The notes under the pieces: generated by a model
Databases searched by the model: none
Told to the model about the DNA's origin: nothing
The model's input: the letters and a program-made list of their open reading frames with translations, nothing else
NCBI GenBank assembly: GCA_902604905.1
Contig: CACLAN010000002.1
Location: forward strand, 1,560-65,559
Length of the DNA: 64,000 nt
Direction of reading: 5' to 3'
Origin: an uncultured Alphaproteobacteria bacterium
Lineage (GTDB): Bacteria; Pseudomonadota; Alphaproteobacteria; HIMB59; GCA-002718135
Part shown: one piece after another, positions 33,144 through 44,128 of the stretch
Layout: every line of letters starts with the position of its first letter
Numbering within the stretch: position 1 is the first letter of the stretch
Position numbers and translations under genes: made by a program

Positions 33144-34538
33144 TTAAGAATCTATAAGTCTTTTTAACAATTCTAAATCTTCATTAAAATTAACGTCAGA
33201 TAACTTAAGTTCTTCAATTTTTTTAACAGCATGCATTACAGTAGTGTGATCTCTTCCACCAAATTTCCTTCCAATCTCAGGTAGAGATCTTGATGTTATA
33301 GATTTTGCTAAGTACATTGCAATTTGTCTAGGTCTTGCAACAGATCGTGATCTTCTTGGTGAATGCATGTCTGTAATTCTAATATTGAAATGCTCTGCTA
33401 CTTTCTTTTGAATCTCTTCTATTGTTATTTTTTTATTAGAAAATTTTAATAAGTCTTGAAGTACTAATTGAGCTGTTTCAACAGTAATAGCTGTTCCTAC
33501 TAAAGTTGCATGAGCAACTAGTCTGTTTAGAGCACCTTCCATTTCTCTTACATTTGAAATGATTCTATGAGATATAAATTCCAAAACTTTTGGAGGAATT
33601 TCTACACCTCTTTTATGCGCTTTTTCTATTAATATACCAAGTCTGAGCTCGTATGTTGTTGGGTGAATATCTGCGACTAGACCGCAACCTAGTCTAGATT
33701 TTAATCTTTCTTGCACACCATCAAGATCAGTAGGTGTTTTGTCTGCTGATATTACTATTTGTTTATTTTGTTCAATTAAAGCATTGAAAGTATGAAAAAA
33801 TTCCTCTTGAGTATTATCTTTTCCGCTTATAAATTGCACATCATCAATCATAAGTACATCAATGGATCTAAACTGCTCCTTAAATGCAGATGTATCTTTA
33901 TATCTAAGTGCTCTTACAAATTGATACATAAATTTTTCTGCTGAAAGATAAATAACTTTTCTCTCTGGTTTTTGTTCTTTTATTTTCCAACCTATGGCGT
34001 GCATCAAGTGAGTTTTTCCTAAACCAACACCACCACATAAAAATAATGGATTAAATGTTATTTTGTTTGCTTCTGATACTCTTTGAGAAGCAGCAAAAGC
34101 TAATTCATTAGGTTTTCCAACAACAAAATTTTCGAATGTAAATCTGGGATCTAATGGAGCACCAAATTCATTAGGATATGTTGAGGATTGATTAAATCTT
34201 AAATCCATTGAAGATTTCCAATGATTGTCATTGCTTCTAATAGTTCTTGTTGTACCAGGTACTATTCTACCCCCCGAAGGTTTCACAACAAATTTAATTG
34301 TGTCGACTTTTTCAACATGATTTTTTGCTTCACTTTTTATCTTATCAGAATAATTATTTACTATCCAATCTCTTAAAAACTTCGTTGGTACAGAAAATGT
34401 TATAGTAGTTTCTTCTAATGAAACGAGATTTAAATGTTTCAGCCAATTGTTGAAGGCAGAATCACCAACATTTTTTTTGAGATTTTTTTTAAAGGATAAC
34501 CACTTACTTTCGTCAAATATAGTAGATGTATTATCCAT
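33144..34538 (-). CDS. dnaA: Chromosomal replication initiator DnaA
   Basis: Walker A GGVGLGKTHL, Walker B MIDDVQF, and C-terminal DNA-binding segment GGRDHTTVMHA. Confidence 0.97.
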   Translation of the reverse strand: MDNTSTIFDESKWLSFKKNLKKNVGDSAFNNWLKHLNLVSLEETTITFSVPTKFLRDWIVNNYSDKIKSEAKNHVEKVDTIKFVVKPSGGRIVPGTTRTIRSNDNHWKSSMDLRFNQSSTYPNEFGAPLDPRFTFENFVVGKPNELAFAASQRVSEANKITFNPLFLCGGVGLGKTHLMHAIGWKIKEQKPERKVIYLSAEKFMYQFVRALRYKDTSAFKEQFRSIDVLMIDDVQFISGKDNTQEEFFHTFNALIEQNKQIVISADKTPTDLDGVQERLKSRLGCGLVADIHPTTYELRLGILIEKAHKRGVEIPPKVLEFISHRIISNVREMEGALNRLVAHATLVGTAITVETAQLVLQDLLKFSNKKITIEEIQKKVAEHFNIRITDMHSPRRSRSVARPRQIAMYLAKSITSRSLPEIGRKFGGRDHTTVMHAVKKIEELKLSDVNFNEDLELLKRLIDS

Positions 34539-34682
34539 TTTCCCCCAACAAAACGATTTTTTACTAAATATAATTCTACGAAAAAAATCAAAAGCCGTAG
34601 AATGTAATCACCAAATTAATTTCTTAATCAACACCCTTTAAGTATTTTTAGCAAGAAGAAAAGTGAAAAAATTAAAAAAAAA

Positions 34683-34943
34683 TTATTTTTTTGAAATTTG
34701 TTTTGATAAGGAGGATAACTTTCTGGATATGTATTCTTTTTTAAAAATACCTTTTTTTGATGCTCTGGCCATTATTGAGTTGACAATGCTGAAGGATTTT
34801 TGGATTTCTTCTTCATTTTTTGCTTCTACTGATGATTTAAATTTATTTAGAGCATTTCTAAATTTAGATAGATATTGAGAATTAACAGTATTTTTAGTTT
34901 TGTTCTGTCTTGATCTTTTTTTTGCTGAAGCATGGTTTGCCAT
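34683..34943 (-). CDS. rpsT: 30S ribosomal protein S20
   Basis: MANHASAKKRSRQNKTKN N-terminus; 86 aa, basic. Confidence 0.95.
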   Translation of the reverse strand: MANHASAKKRSRQNKTKNTVNSQYLSKFRNALNKFKSSVEAKNEEEIQKSFSIVNSIMARASKKGIFKKEYISRKLSSLSKQISKK

Positions 34944-34995
34944 ATGGATGCTATAAATTCAAAATAGATTAAGTCAATTAATATTTGATATTGAA

Positions 34996-35814
34996 TTACT
35001 TATTATTTTGAAGTTTTGGGCAATAAAATGTAGATCTTCCGTACTGAACAATCTTTTTGACCTTGTCATCACCTATTTTTTTTCCTTCTCTATTATAAAC
35101 TTTAAAATTAGACTGAAAATTTCCTAATGTGCCATCAGTAGACCTATAATCTCGTATACTTGACCCCCCATATTTAATTGCCTTCGTTAAAATTTTTCTA
35201 ATAGACTTAATTAGTTTCATAATGAGACTAATTTCTAAATTCTTACCCAAAGTAAGTGGTGAAATTTTAGCATCAAATAATATTTCAGAAGCATAAATGT
35301 TCCCTATCCCAGCAATTAATTTTTGATTAAGTAAAATCTGCTTAATGGGTACCTCAGATTTGGAAATTTTTTTAAATATAATTTGTGCAGTTAGATCGGG
35401 GCTCAGAGCATCTATACCCAAGCTCATAACATACTTTTGTTTTTGAAGTTCATTTGTTTTTACTAAGTCGATAAATCCAAATTTCCTTGGATCATGATAA
35501 ATCAGCAACTTTTTACTTAAGAAGTATAATATAAAGTGATCATGTTTTATTCTTTTGTAGTTTTTATCGACTGTTTTTAATCTTCCTGACATTCCTAGAT
35601 GTATTACTAGAGAATAATCTGTATCTAAATCTATTATAATGAACTTTGCTATGCGTCTGAGGTTGGATATCTTGGAGTTACGTAGTATATTAATAATATT
35701 ATTAGGAATTTTAAAACGAAGTTTTGATATATGAATTTTGACATTAGATATTTTTTGATTCAATATTACACTAAGTCCTTTAACTGTAGTTTCAACTTCA
35801 GGTAATTCTGGCAT
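34996..35814 (-). CDS. mutM: Formamidopyrimidine-DNA glycosylase (Fpg) with a degenerate C-terminal zinc finger
   Basis: Catalytic N-terminus MPELPEVE and an H2TH region. In the C-terminal finger only one of the four expected Cys residues is present. Confidence 0.9.
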   Translation of the reverse strand: MPELPEVETTVKGLSVILNQKISNVKIHISKLRFKIPNNIINILRNSKISNLRRIAKFIIIDLDTDYSLVIHLGMSGRLKTVDKNYKRIKHDHFILYFLSKKLLIYHDPRKFGFIDLVKTNELQKQKYVMSLGIDALSPDLTAQIIFKKISKSEVPIKQILLNQKLIAGIGNIYASEILFDAKISPLTLGKNLEISLIMKLIKSIRKILTKAIKYGGSSIRDYRSTDGTLGNFQSNFKVYNREGKKIGDDKVKKIVQYGRSTFYCPKLQNNK

Positions 35815-35815
35815 A

Positions 35816-36547
35816 ATGAAAAAAGATTATAATTTTGGTTATACGAAAGTAAACCCTAAACAAAAGACTAAACTTGTTCAGAATGTATTTTCGAGCGTGG
35901 CACCAAACTATGATATTATGAATGATTTAATGAGTTTAGGTATGCATAGATTATGGAAAAAAAGATTTGTAGAGACAGTGGATCTAAACGAAAATGAAAT
36001 AGTCTTGGATGTTGGTTCTGGTTCTGGTGATATTGCCAGCGAAATTTTGAAAGAAAATTTACCAACCAGTCTTTATCTTTTAGATCTAAATGAAGAAATG
36101 TTATTAGAAGGAAGAAAAAGATTAAAAAAAGAAAAAAATATAAAATATTTTATTGGTAATGCTGAAAAGTTAAATTTTGAAAATAATTTTTTTGATAAAT
36201 ATACCATTTCTTTTTGCTTAAGAAATGTGACAGAGTATTTATTATCTATAAAAGAAGCTTACAGAGTTCTTAAACCTGGTGGTAAATATTGTTGCTTAGA
36301 ATTTAGTACGCCTGGATCATCCTTGATTTCAAGTTCATATAAAATTTATAAATCAAAGATTTTACCTCTTTTAGGAGAAATAGTTGCTAAAGATAAAGAT
36401 GCTTATAAATATTTGAGTGAAAGTATTGATTTATTTCCATCCCAAGAAGAGCTTAGTAAAAATCTAAGTGATTGTGGATTTACTAAAGTCGAGACAATTA
36501 ATCTATTCAATGGAATTGTAGCTATACACACTGGTTACAAATTGTAA
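35816..36547 (+). CDS. ubiE: Ubiquinone/menaquinone biosynthesis C-methyltransferase
   Basis: YDIMNDLMSLGMHRLWK and the SAM motif LDVGSGSGD. Confidence 0.92.
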   Translation: MKKDYNFGYTKVNPKQKTKLVQNVFSSVAPNYDIMNDLMSLGMHRLWKKRFVETVDLNENEIVLDVGSGSGDIASEILKENLPTSLYLLDLNEEMLLEGRKRLKKEKNIKYFIGNAEKLNFENNFFDKYTISFCLRNVTEYLLSIKEAYRVLKPGGKYCCLEFSTPGSSLISSSYKIYKSKILPLLGEIVAKDKDAYKYLSESIDLFPSQEELSKNLSDCGFTKVETINLFNGIVAIHTGYKL

Positions 36548-37716
36548 TGAATAAAATTTTATTAATAATAACTGGCTCTATTGCTGCATCCAAATGTAAA
36601 GAAATTATTACTTTGCTAAATATTAATGAAGTTAAGATTAGCTGTATTCTAACTAACGAGGCAAAGAAATATGCAAAAATATTAGATATAAAAAAATTAC
36701 TTAAAAATAGAATATTTACAGATGAACATGAGAAAAAAAATAAGATGCTCCATATTAATTTATCAAGAGATAATGATATAATAGTTGTGTGTCCAGCTAC
36801 AGCAAATTCTATTGCAAAATTTGCTAATGGATATGGAGATAATTTAGCTTCTAATACATTGCTTGCTGCAAATAAAAAAATTTTGTTTGTACCCGCAATG
36901 AATAGTTTTATGTGGCAAAATAAAATTAATCAAAAAAATGTGAGATTATTAAAAGATAATGGTCATGAGTTTATTGGTCCAAAAGTTGGAAATCTAAAAT
37001 GTGGAGAATTTGGTTTAGGAAGAATTGATAACTCAAAAAATATAGTAAATAAAATTTTAAGCAGATTAGAAAATATTAATTTATTTAAAGATAAAAAATG
37101 CCTAGTAACTGCAGGGCCAACAATTGAAATGATTGATCCAGTTAGGTTTATTTCTAATCAATCTTCTGGAAAACAAGGCTATGAAATTGCTTCACAACTA
37201 GTTTTATATGGAGCGAATGTAATATTGATATCTGGACCAACAAAATTAGATCCTCCACCAAATTTGAAATTTATTCAAATAAAATCAGCAAATGAAATGT
37301 ATCAAAAAATTAGAAAAATTTCTAAAATTGATATTGGAATTTTTACTGCTGCAGTATCTGATTTCAAAAATAAAAATATCAATAAATCCAAGATTAAAAA
37401 AAATAAAAAATTAAATATTAGTCTTCATAAGAATATTGATATTTTAGAAAAAATTGGAAAAAGTAAAACTCAAAGGCCTACATTTTTAGTAGGTTTTGCA
37501 GCTGAAACAGGAGGCATTAATAATGCTAAAAAAAAATTAGCAGATAAAAAATGCGATATGATTGTTTACAATAAGATCGATAGTAAAAATAAAGTTTTTG
37601 GTTCAGATTATAATAAAATATCGATAATTACAAAAAACCAGATTAAAAAATTTAAGAAAATGACAAAGGTAAATTGTGCAAAGCAAATTATAAAACAAAT
37701 TTATAATACTTTATAG
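36547..37716 (+). CDS. coaBC: Bifunctional phosphopantothenoylcysteine decarboxylase / synthetase
   Basis: N-terminal flavoprotein domain (ITGSIAASK, PAMNSFMW) and a C-terminal CoaB domain; 389 aa. Confidence 0.92.
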   Translation: MNKILLIITGSIAASKCKEIITLLNINEVKISCILTNEAKKYAKILDIKKLLKNRIFTDEHEKKNKMLHINLSRDNDIIVVCPATANSIAKFANGYGDNLASNTLLAANKKILFVPAMNSFMWQNKINQKNVRLLKDNGHEFIGPKVGNLKCGEFGLGRIDNSKNIVNKILSRLENINLFKDKKCLVTAGPTIEMIDPVRFISNQSSGKQGYEIASQLVLYGANVILISGPTKLDPPPNLKFIQIKSANEMYQKIRKISKIDIGIFTAAVSDFKNKNINKSKIKKNKKLNISLHKNIDILEKIGKSKTQRPTFLVGFAAETGGINNAKKKLADKKCDMIVYNKIDSKNKVFGSDYNKISIITKNQIKKFKKMTKVNCAKQIIKQIYNTL

Positions 37717-37720
37717 ACTT

Positions 37721-38473
37721 ATGAATGATTACTCTGAGGAAGAATATAAAATTTTTAGCAGGTTATTTATTTTAAACGAATTTTCTGAAGACAACCTAAA
37801 AAAATTATCCAACATAAAAATTGGTATTGTTGGTATGGGAGGTATAGGATGTCCTTTAAGCCAATATTTAGTAAACTCTGGAATTAAAGAATTATTAATA
37901 GTAGATGGAGATATTGTTGAAAAAAGTAATCTTAATAGACAAATTTTGTTTAATTTAAATGATATTGGAAAAAAAAAAGTTGATGTAGCAAAGTACAAAT
38001 TAAAATTAATTAATACTGAATGTAAAATTAATACTATTGATGAGAATATTAATTCTTTAAATTTAAATTTTTTAAAAGAATGTTCTATAATTGTTGATGC
38101 AACTGATGATTGGTTCAGTTCTAAATTATTAAATGAATATTGTCTTAAAAACTCAATCAATTTTTTATATTCCTCTGCATTAAGACACGATTTACAAATA
38201 ATTCTTTTCAATAATTCAAATAAAAATAATCATTTGTGTTTAAATTGTATCTTTCCTAACAAAGATGATGTTGATCTTCCCAGATGTAGTGTAGTAGGTA
38301 TTTCAGGCATTTCTGCAGGGTTAGCAGGTTTGATTGCTGCTCAAAAAATAATTAATTTCTATTTAAATTTAAAGGATGAAACTAATATAATGACAATTTC
38401 TGATGGAAAAAAATTAAGCATTGATAATATTGTTATTAAAAGTAAACATGATTGTTATTTAAAATCAGTTTAA
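37721..38473 (+). CDS. ThiF/MoeB/HesA-family E1-like adenylyltransferase
   Basis: Nucleotide-binding GMGGIGC, NLNRQ, and CLNC plus PRCS cysteine motifs. No ThiS/MoaD-like partner is adjacent. Confidence 0.8.
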   Translation: MNDYSEEEYKIFSRLFILNEFSEDNLKKLSNIKIGIVGMGGIGCPLSQYLVNSGIKELLIVDGDIVEKSNLNRQILFNLNDIGKKKVDVAKYKLKLINTECKINTIDENINSLNLNFLKECSIIVDATDDWFSSKLLNEYCLKNSINFLYSSALRHDLQIILFNNSNKNNHLCLNCIFPNKDDVDLPRCSVVGISGISAGLAGLIAAQKIINFYLNLKDETNIMTISDGKKLSIDNIVIKSKHDCYLKSV

Positions 38474-38512
38474 GTTAATTGATAAATACTTTAAAAAAGT
38501 TTAATTAAAATT

Positions 38513-39019
38513 ATGAAACAAAATTCATTTACCTACGATCAATTAATTGATTGTGCAAAAGGTGTTCTTTTTGGAAAAGGGAATGCTCAACTTCCAATGC
38601 CTCCTATGTTAATGTTTGATAGAATTACTTCAATAAATGATACTGGTGGAGAATTTTCTAAAGGCGAGGTTATTGCAGAATTAGATATTAAAGAAGACTT
38701 ATGGTTTTTTGAATGTCATTTTAAAGATGATCCCGTAATGCCAGGTTGTTTAGGTTTGGATGCTATGTGGCAATTACTTGGTTTTTATTTAGGATGGCTT
38801 GGCCAACCAGGAAAAGGTAGAGCTTTAGGAGTTGGTGAAGTAAAGTTTACCGGTCAGGTATTACAAAAAGTCAAAAAAGTAACTTACCATATATCTCTTA
38901 AAAGACTTATACTAAGAAAACTGATTTTAGGAGTTGGAGATGGTGTTTTAAAAGCTGACGGTGAAACAATTTATGAAGCTAAAGATATGAAAGTCGGTTT
39001 ATTTTCACCTGAGAAATAA
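38513..39019 (+). CDS. fabA: 3-hydroxydecanoyl-ACP dehydratase/isomerase
   Basis: [24 protein letters not shown] active-site region. Confidence 0.95.
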   Translation: MKQNSFTYDQLIDCAKGVLFGKGNAQLPMPPMLMFDRITSINDTGGEFSKGEVIAELDIKEDLWFFECHFKDDPVMPGCLGLDAMWQLLGFYLGWLGQPGKGRALGVGEVKFTGQVLQKVKKVTYHISLKRLILRKLILGVGDGVLKADGETIYEAKDMKVGLFSPEK

Positions 39020-39022
39020 GTA

Positions 39023-40240
39023 ATGAATAGAGTAGTAGTAACAGGTTTAGGTATAGTATCATGTATTGGTAATAATCAATCGGATGTTATAGACAGTCTT
39101 AAAAATTTGAAATCTGGGATAACTAGTGCAGAAGAGTATGAGGAGTTTTCTTTTAGAAGTCTTGTACACGGTAAACCAAATATAGATATTAGTAACGAAA
39201 TTGATAGAAGATTACTAAGGTTTATGGGTGATGGAGCTGCCTACAACTATATTGCGATGAAAGATGCTATAGACGACTCAGGGCTGGAGGATAGTGATAT
39301 TTCAAATGAAATGACTGGTATAATTGTTGGCTCAGGTGGTCCATCTACACAAAATTTATTTAAGTCTTCTGAAATTGGAAAGAGTTCAGGTTCAAAAAAA
39401 ATTGGACCATTTATGGTACCAAGAGCAATGTCTAGTACAAATTCTGCAACTCTTGCGACTCCTTTTAAAATTAAAGGAGTTAACTACTCAATTACTTCAG
39501 CATGTTCTACAAGTTCACATTGTATTGGTAATGCGTACGAACTAATTCAGATGGGAAAGCAAAATATTGTTTTTGCTGGAGGAGGTGAAGAGCTCCATTG
39601 GACTTTATCAATTTTATTTGATGCAATGGGTGCTTTGTCATCAAAATATAATTCTACTCCAAACAAATCTTCAAGGGCATATGATGCAGATAGAGATGGA
39701 TTTGTAATTGCTGGTGGAGGTGGTACTTTAGTACTTGAAGAATTAGAGCATGCAAAAGCTAGAGGTGCTAAAATATATGGTGAAATAACAGGATATGGAG
39801 CAACCTCAGATGGATACGATATGGTACAGCCTTCTGGAGAAGGAGCAGAAAGATGTATGAAGCAGGCATTAAAAAATATTGATGGTAAAATTGATTATAT
39901 AAATACACATGGAACAAGCACTCCAATAGGAGATGTAAAGGAATTGGAAGCAATCAAAAATGTTTTTGGTTCAAATATTCCTAAAATGAGCTCAACAAAA
40001 TCTTTGACTGGTCATTCTTTAGGGGCAACTGGTGTGCATGAAGCAATTTATAGTTTATTGATGATGAAAAATAATTTTATTAGTGGTTCTGCTAATATTG
40101 AAAATCTTGATGATAGTGCCAAAGATTGTAATATTCTTTTAAAAACGGAAAATGACGTTGAAATCAAGCATGTTATGTCGAATAGTTTTGGATTTGGCGG
40201 TACAAATGCAACATTAGTATTTTCAAAATATCATGCTTAA
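39023..40240 (+). CDS. fabB: 3-oxoacyl-ACP synthase I
   Basis: Active-site ACSTSSHC plus HGTSTP and GHSLGATG; fabA-fabB synteny. Confidence 0.93.
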   Translation: MNRVVVTGLGIVSCIGNNQSDVIDSLKNLKSGITSAEEYEEFSFRSLVHGKPNIDISNEIDRRLLRFMGDGAAYNYIAMKDAIDDSGLEDSDISNEMTGIIVGSGGPSTQNLFKSSEIGKSSGSKKIGPFMVPRAMSSTNSATLATPFKIKGVNYSITSACSTSSHCIGNAYELIQMGKQNIVFAGGGEELHWTLSILFDAMGALSSKYNSTPNKSSRAYDADRDGFVIAGGGGTLVLEELEHAKARGAKIYGEITGYGATSDGYDMVQPSGEGAERCMKQALKNIDGKIDYINTHGTSTPIGDVKELEAIKNVFGSNIPKMSSTKSLTGHSLGATGVHEAIYSLLMMKNNFISGSANIENLDDSAKDCNILLKTENDVEIKHVMSNSFGFGGTNATLVFSKYHA

Positions 40241-41006
40241 AAATAAAAAAGGTTTAGTATTTGGTATTGCAAATAATCATTCAATTGCATGGGGAATAGC
40301 AAAACAACTAGCTGAAAATGGTGCTGAAATAGCTATTGGTTATCAAAATGAAATATTATTGAAGAGGGTGAAACCACTTTCTGAAGAAATCAATTCAAAA
40401 ATATTAATAGAATGTGATTTTAATAATGATGACTCAATAAACAAATCTGTAGAAATTATAAAAAAAGAATGGGGCACAATTGATTTTGTAATTCATGCTG
40501 TTGCATTTGCAGATAAATCAGAGTTAAATGGAAGATATGTTGATACTACGAAGAATAATTTTATTAATTGTTTAGAAATATCATGTTTTTCTTTAACAAG
40601 TATTGCAAGAAATTTTGAACCTATAATGAATGATGGAGGAAGTATTCTCACCCTTACTTTTTACGGGTCAAATAAAGTAATACCAAATTACAATTTAATG
40701 GGAATTGCAAAAGCCGCTTTAGAAACAAGTGTAAAATACTTGAGTGTGGATTTAGGAAAAAAAAATATTCGTGTTAATGCAATCTCAGCAGGACCTATGA
40801 GAACAATTGCTGGTGCAGCAATAAATAATGCTAGGGAGGTGTTTAAATTTACAGAAGAACATTCAGCATTGAAAAGAAATGCAAAACTTGATGAAATTGG
40901 TAAATCTGCTTTATACTTTGTTAGTGATTTGTCTTCTGCAGTTACTGGTGAAGTACATTACGTTGACTGTGGTTACAATATTATTGGAATGCCCAATAAG
41001 TTCTAA
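40233..41006 (+). CDS. fabI: Enoyl-ACP reductase (NADH)
   Basis: [13 protein letters not shown] cofactor motif and the Y-x6-K region ([11 protein letters not shown]). Confidence 0.93.
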   Translation: MLKNKKGLVFGIANNHSIAWGIAKQLAENGAEIAIGYQNEILLKRVKPLSEEINSKILIECDFNNDDSINKSVEIIKKEWGTIDFVIHAVAFADKSELNGRYVDTTKNNFINCLEISCFSLTSIARNFEPIMNDGGSILTLTFYGSNKVIPNYNLMGIAKAALETSVKYLSVDLGKKNIRVNAISAGPMRTIAGAAINNAREVFKFTEEHSALKRNAKLDEIGKSALYFVSDLSSAVTGEVHYVDCGYNIIGMPNKF

Positions 41007-41758
41007 AATTTTCCCAATAAATCTAAAGGATTATCAACGAAAATACTATCAACACCTATGGAGAAAATATCATTAGCATTAGATAAATTTATATTTTTAT
41101 CTGAATAAACAGTTATTAAAATATTAGATTTTTTAATTTTTTTAATAATATCAGCTGTAACAAGATCAATATTTAATCCACAAATTTTTAGATCATTATT
41201 AATTGATATGTTAATTAAATCATCAATATTATATTCTTTAAAATCATCTAATAAAAAACTACGTATAGATTGAGGGTAAAGCTTTGAAATTTCTAGAATA
41301 GAAATCATATCAAATGATGAGAAAAAAATATCAATTTGATTAATATTTTTTGTGAGTTTGTAGATTTGATAAGTATTTTCTTTTTCAAAATTTTTATTGG
41401 GTTTTAATTCAATATTTAAATTACCATTATTATTGATGCACAGACTTAAAATATCTTCTAATTTTGGAACAAAAATATTTGTGTTTTTTTTATAAAAAAA
41501 TTTTCCCGCATCAAATTTTTTTAAAATCTCATAATCATAATCAATTGCAAGACCCCTGCCAGTGGTAGTTCTATCTAACGTGTCGTCATGTAATAAAATT
41601 GGGACTTTGTCTTTAGAAATCTTAACATCTATCTCTGCAAAAATTAAGCCTATTTCGAATGCTCTAGCAATAGATTCTAAAGTGTTTTCTGGACACAGAT
41701 CTTTTACACCTCTGTGCCCAATTAATTTAGGTAATTTAAGCGTTTTCTTCTGCGTCAA
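41003..41758 (-). CDS. Glycerophosphodiester phosphodiesterase family protein
   Basis: GDPD motifs IGHRGV and [10 protein letters not shown]; 251 aa. Overlaps the pnp stop by 23 nt. Confidence 0.8.
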   Translation of the reverse strand: MTQKKTLKLPKLIGHRGVKDLCPENTLESIARAFEIGLIFAEIDVKISKDKVPILLHDDTLDRTTTGRGLAIDYDYEILKKFDAGKFFYKKNTNIFVPKLEDILSLCINNNGNLNIELKPNKNFEKENTYQIYKLTKNINQIDIFFSSFDMISILEISKLYPQSIRSFLLDDFKEYNIDDLINISINNDLKICGLNIDLVTADIIKKIKKSNILITVYSDKNINLSNANDIFSIGVDSIFVDNPLDLLGKF

Positions 41759-43829
41759 CTGCTTTCATAGAAAGTTTTATTTTTCCTCTTGAATCGATAT
41801 CCAGTACTTTTACTTTAACGATATCTCCTTCACTAATAACATCTTCAACTTTCTCTACTCTTTCATTTTTTAATTGACTAATATGAACAAGACCATCTGT
41901 AGATCCCATGAAATTAACAAAAGCACCAAAGTCCATTATCTTAATAACTTTACCATCATAAATTTTACCAATTTCTGGCTCTTCGACAATACCTTTGATC
42001 CATTCTAATGCATCATTTCCAGATTTTTGATCTACAGCTGCAATACTCACCAAACCTTCATCATTGATTTCAATTTTAGCTCCAGTTGTTTCAGATATTT
42101 CTCTAATAACTGCTCCTCCTTTACCAATAACTTCTCTAATTTTATCTTTGTTTATTTGAAGATTAGTTATTGTTGGTGCATATTGAGAAATTGATTGGTT
42201 AGGTTTATCAATTGCTTTAGCCATTTCACCAAGTATATGGAATCGTCCATCTTTAGCTTGTGCTAATGCTTCTTTCATAATTTCAGCTGTGATACTAGTT
42301 ATTTTAATATCCATTTGTAATGAAGTTATTCCTTCAGAAGTTCCAGCAACTTTAAAATCCATATCACCAAGGTGATCTTCATCACCAAGTATGTCAGATA
42401 ATATTACATATTTATCATTCTCTTTAATTAAACCCATCGCGATACCCGCTACCGGTCTTTCTAAAGGCACTCCTGCGTCCATTAAAGACATTGAGGTGCC
42501 ACAAACAGTTGCCATAGAACTAGAACCATTTGATTCTGTAATTTCAGATACAACCCTATAAGTGTAAGGAAACTTTTCTTTAGAAGGTAACATTGGATGA
42601 ATAGCTCTCCAGGCTAATTTACCATGTCCTATTTCTCTTCTACTGGTAGAACCTATTCTTCCAACTTCTCCAACAGAGTAGGGTGGAAAATTATAATGTA
42701 ACATAAAATTCTCTGTATATTCACCATCAATTGCATCTATTCTTTGCTCATCTTGTCCAGTTCCTAAAGTTGAGACTACAAGAGCTTGTGTTTCTCCTCT
42801 TGTAAATAATGCAGATCCATGAGTTCTTTCTAAAACTCCAGTTTCACACACAATTGGACGAACTGTTTTTGTATCTCTTCCATCAATTCTATTACCAGTA
42901 TTAATTAATTCTCCTCTAACTATTTCTTTTTCTACATTTTTTATTGCATCTGAAACTAATACTGGTGAAAGTGTTTCACTTACAAATTTTTCAGAAATCT
43001 CGTTTCTTAGTGAAGATAATTTTTCTGATCTTTTTTGTTTTTCAGTTATTTTGTATGCATCTATAAACTCTTTACCAAAGTCTTGATCGATCTTAGATGG
43101 CAGATTTTTGATTTCTTCATCTTTTTCTTTAAGATCCCAAGGTTCTTTTGCAGCTTTTTTAGCTAAGGAAATTATTGCTTCGATCACTGTTTTATAATTT
43201 TCTTGTCCGAGAACAACTGCATCTAGCATTTGTTTTTCTGAAAGCTCGTGAGCTTCAGACTCAATCATTAGTACGCCTTCCTTAGTCCCTGCCAATACTA
43301 ATTCTAGTTTAGAATTTGATAATTGACTCTTACTCGGGTTAACAACAAATTCATCATCTATAAAACCGATCTTAATTGCTCCAAGCGGACCTAAAAATGG
43401 CAAACCAGATAAAGTTAATGCAGCACTTGCCGCTACTATTGCTACAACATCTGAATCATTTTCTTGATCATGTGATAATACAGTACAAGTAACTTGAGTC
43501 TCGTTTTTAAAATCTTTATGAAAAAGAGGTCTAACTGGCCTATCAATTAATCGAGAAACTAATGTTTCTTTTTCAGTTGGTCTAGCCTCTCTTTTAAAAA
43601 AGCCACCAGGTATTTTTCCTACAGAATAATATTTTTCTTGATAATTAACTGTTAAGGGGAAAAAATCCATATCTGGATTTGATTCTTTTGCAGCAACTAC
43701 ATTACACATAACTGTCGTACCACCATAAGTGGCTACAACTGTTGAGTCAGCCTGTCTTGCTATTTTTCCTGTTTCTAATTTTAGTTTTCTTCCAGCCCAT
43801 TCAATTTCTACATTTTTCACATCAAACAT
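41736..43829 (-). CDS. pnp: Polyribonucleotide nucleotidyltransferase (PNPase)
   Basis: Two RNase PH domains ([16 protein letters not shown]) plus KH and S1 domains. Confidence 0.97.
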   Translation of the reverse strand: MFDVKNVEIEWAGRKLKLETGKIARQADSTVVATYGGTTVMCNVVAAKESNPDMDFFPLTVNYQEKYYSVGKIPGGFFKREARPTEKETLVSRLIDRPVRPLFHKDFKNETQVTCTVLSHDQENDSDVVAIVAASAALTLSGLPFLGPLGAIKIGFIDDEFVVNPSKSQLSNSKLELVLAGTKEGVLMIESEAHELSEKQMLDAVVLGQENYKTVIEAIISLAKKAAKEPWDLKEKDEEIKNLPSKIDQDFGKEFIDAYKITEKQKRSEKLSSLRNEISEKFVSETLSPVLVSDAIKNVEKEIVRGELINTGNRIDGRDTKTVRPIVCETGVLERTHGSALFTRGETQALVVSTLGTGQDEQRIDAIDGEYTENFMLHYNFPPYSVGEVGRIGSTSRREIGHGKLAWRAIHPMLPSKEKFPYTYRVVSEITESNGSSSMATVCGTSMSLMDAGVPLERPVAGIAMGLIKENDKYVILSDILGDEDHLGDMDFKVAGTSEGITSLQMDIKITSITAEIMKEALAQAKDGRFHILGEMAKAIDKPNQSISQYAPTITNLQINKDKIREVIGKGGAVIREISETTGAKIEINDEGLVSIAAVDQKSGNDALEWIKGIVEEPEIGKIYDGKVIKIMDFGAFVNFMGSTDGLVHISQLKNERVEKVEDVISEGDIVKVKVLDIDSRGKIKLSMKAVDAEENA

Positions 43830-43850
43830 AATTTTTATTTATCCTCTTTT

Positions 43851-44120
43851 TTAACCTCTAATATTTAATTTTTTTATTAAATCTGAATATTCAGATTTAT
43901 TTTTTTTAGATAAGTAGTTTAATAATTTTTTTCTTTTATTAACTAGTGATACTAATCCTCTTTTAGAATGATTATCTTTATTGTGAGTCTTAAAATGTTC
44001 AGTTAAATTTTTTATTCTTTCTGTTAAAACTGCTATCTGAACACTTGTTGATCCAGTATCTTTATCATTCTTAGCAAATTCATTAATAAGATTTTTTTTA
44101 ATCTCTTTAGTTATCGACAT
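43851..44120 (-). CDS. rpsO: 30S ribosomal protein S15
   Basis: [34 protein letters not shown]; 89 aa. Confidence 0.96.
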   Translation of the reverse strand: MSITKEIKKNLINEFAKNDKDTGSTSVQIAVLTERIKNLTEHFKTHNKDNHSKRGLVSLVNKRKKLLNYLSKKNKSEYSDLIKKLNIRG

Positions 44121-44128
44121 CGTTTCTC

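Noticed and set aside
34575-34601. Hairpin TCTACG-N15-CGTAGA downstream of rpsT as a terminator.
   Set aside because: The stem is only 6 bp, the loop is 15 nt, and no U-tract follows on the minus strand. Not convincing.
34539-34682. Possible oriC / DnaA-box cluster in the 144-bp spacer upstream of dnaA.
   Set aside because: I found no good match to TTATCCACA or its complement in the spacer. The only near match overlaps the dnaA start codon itself. In alphaproteobacteria the origin is often not next to dnaA. A GC-skew analysis of the whole genome would be needed.
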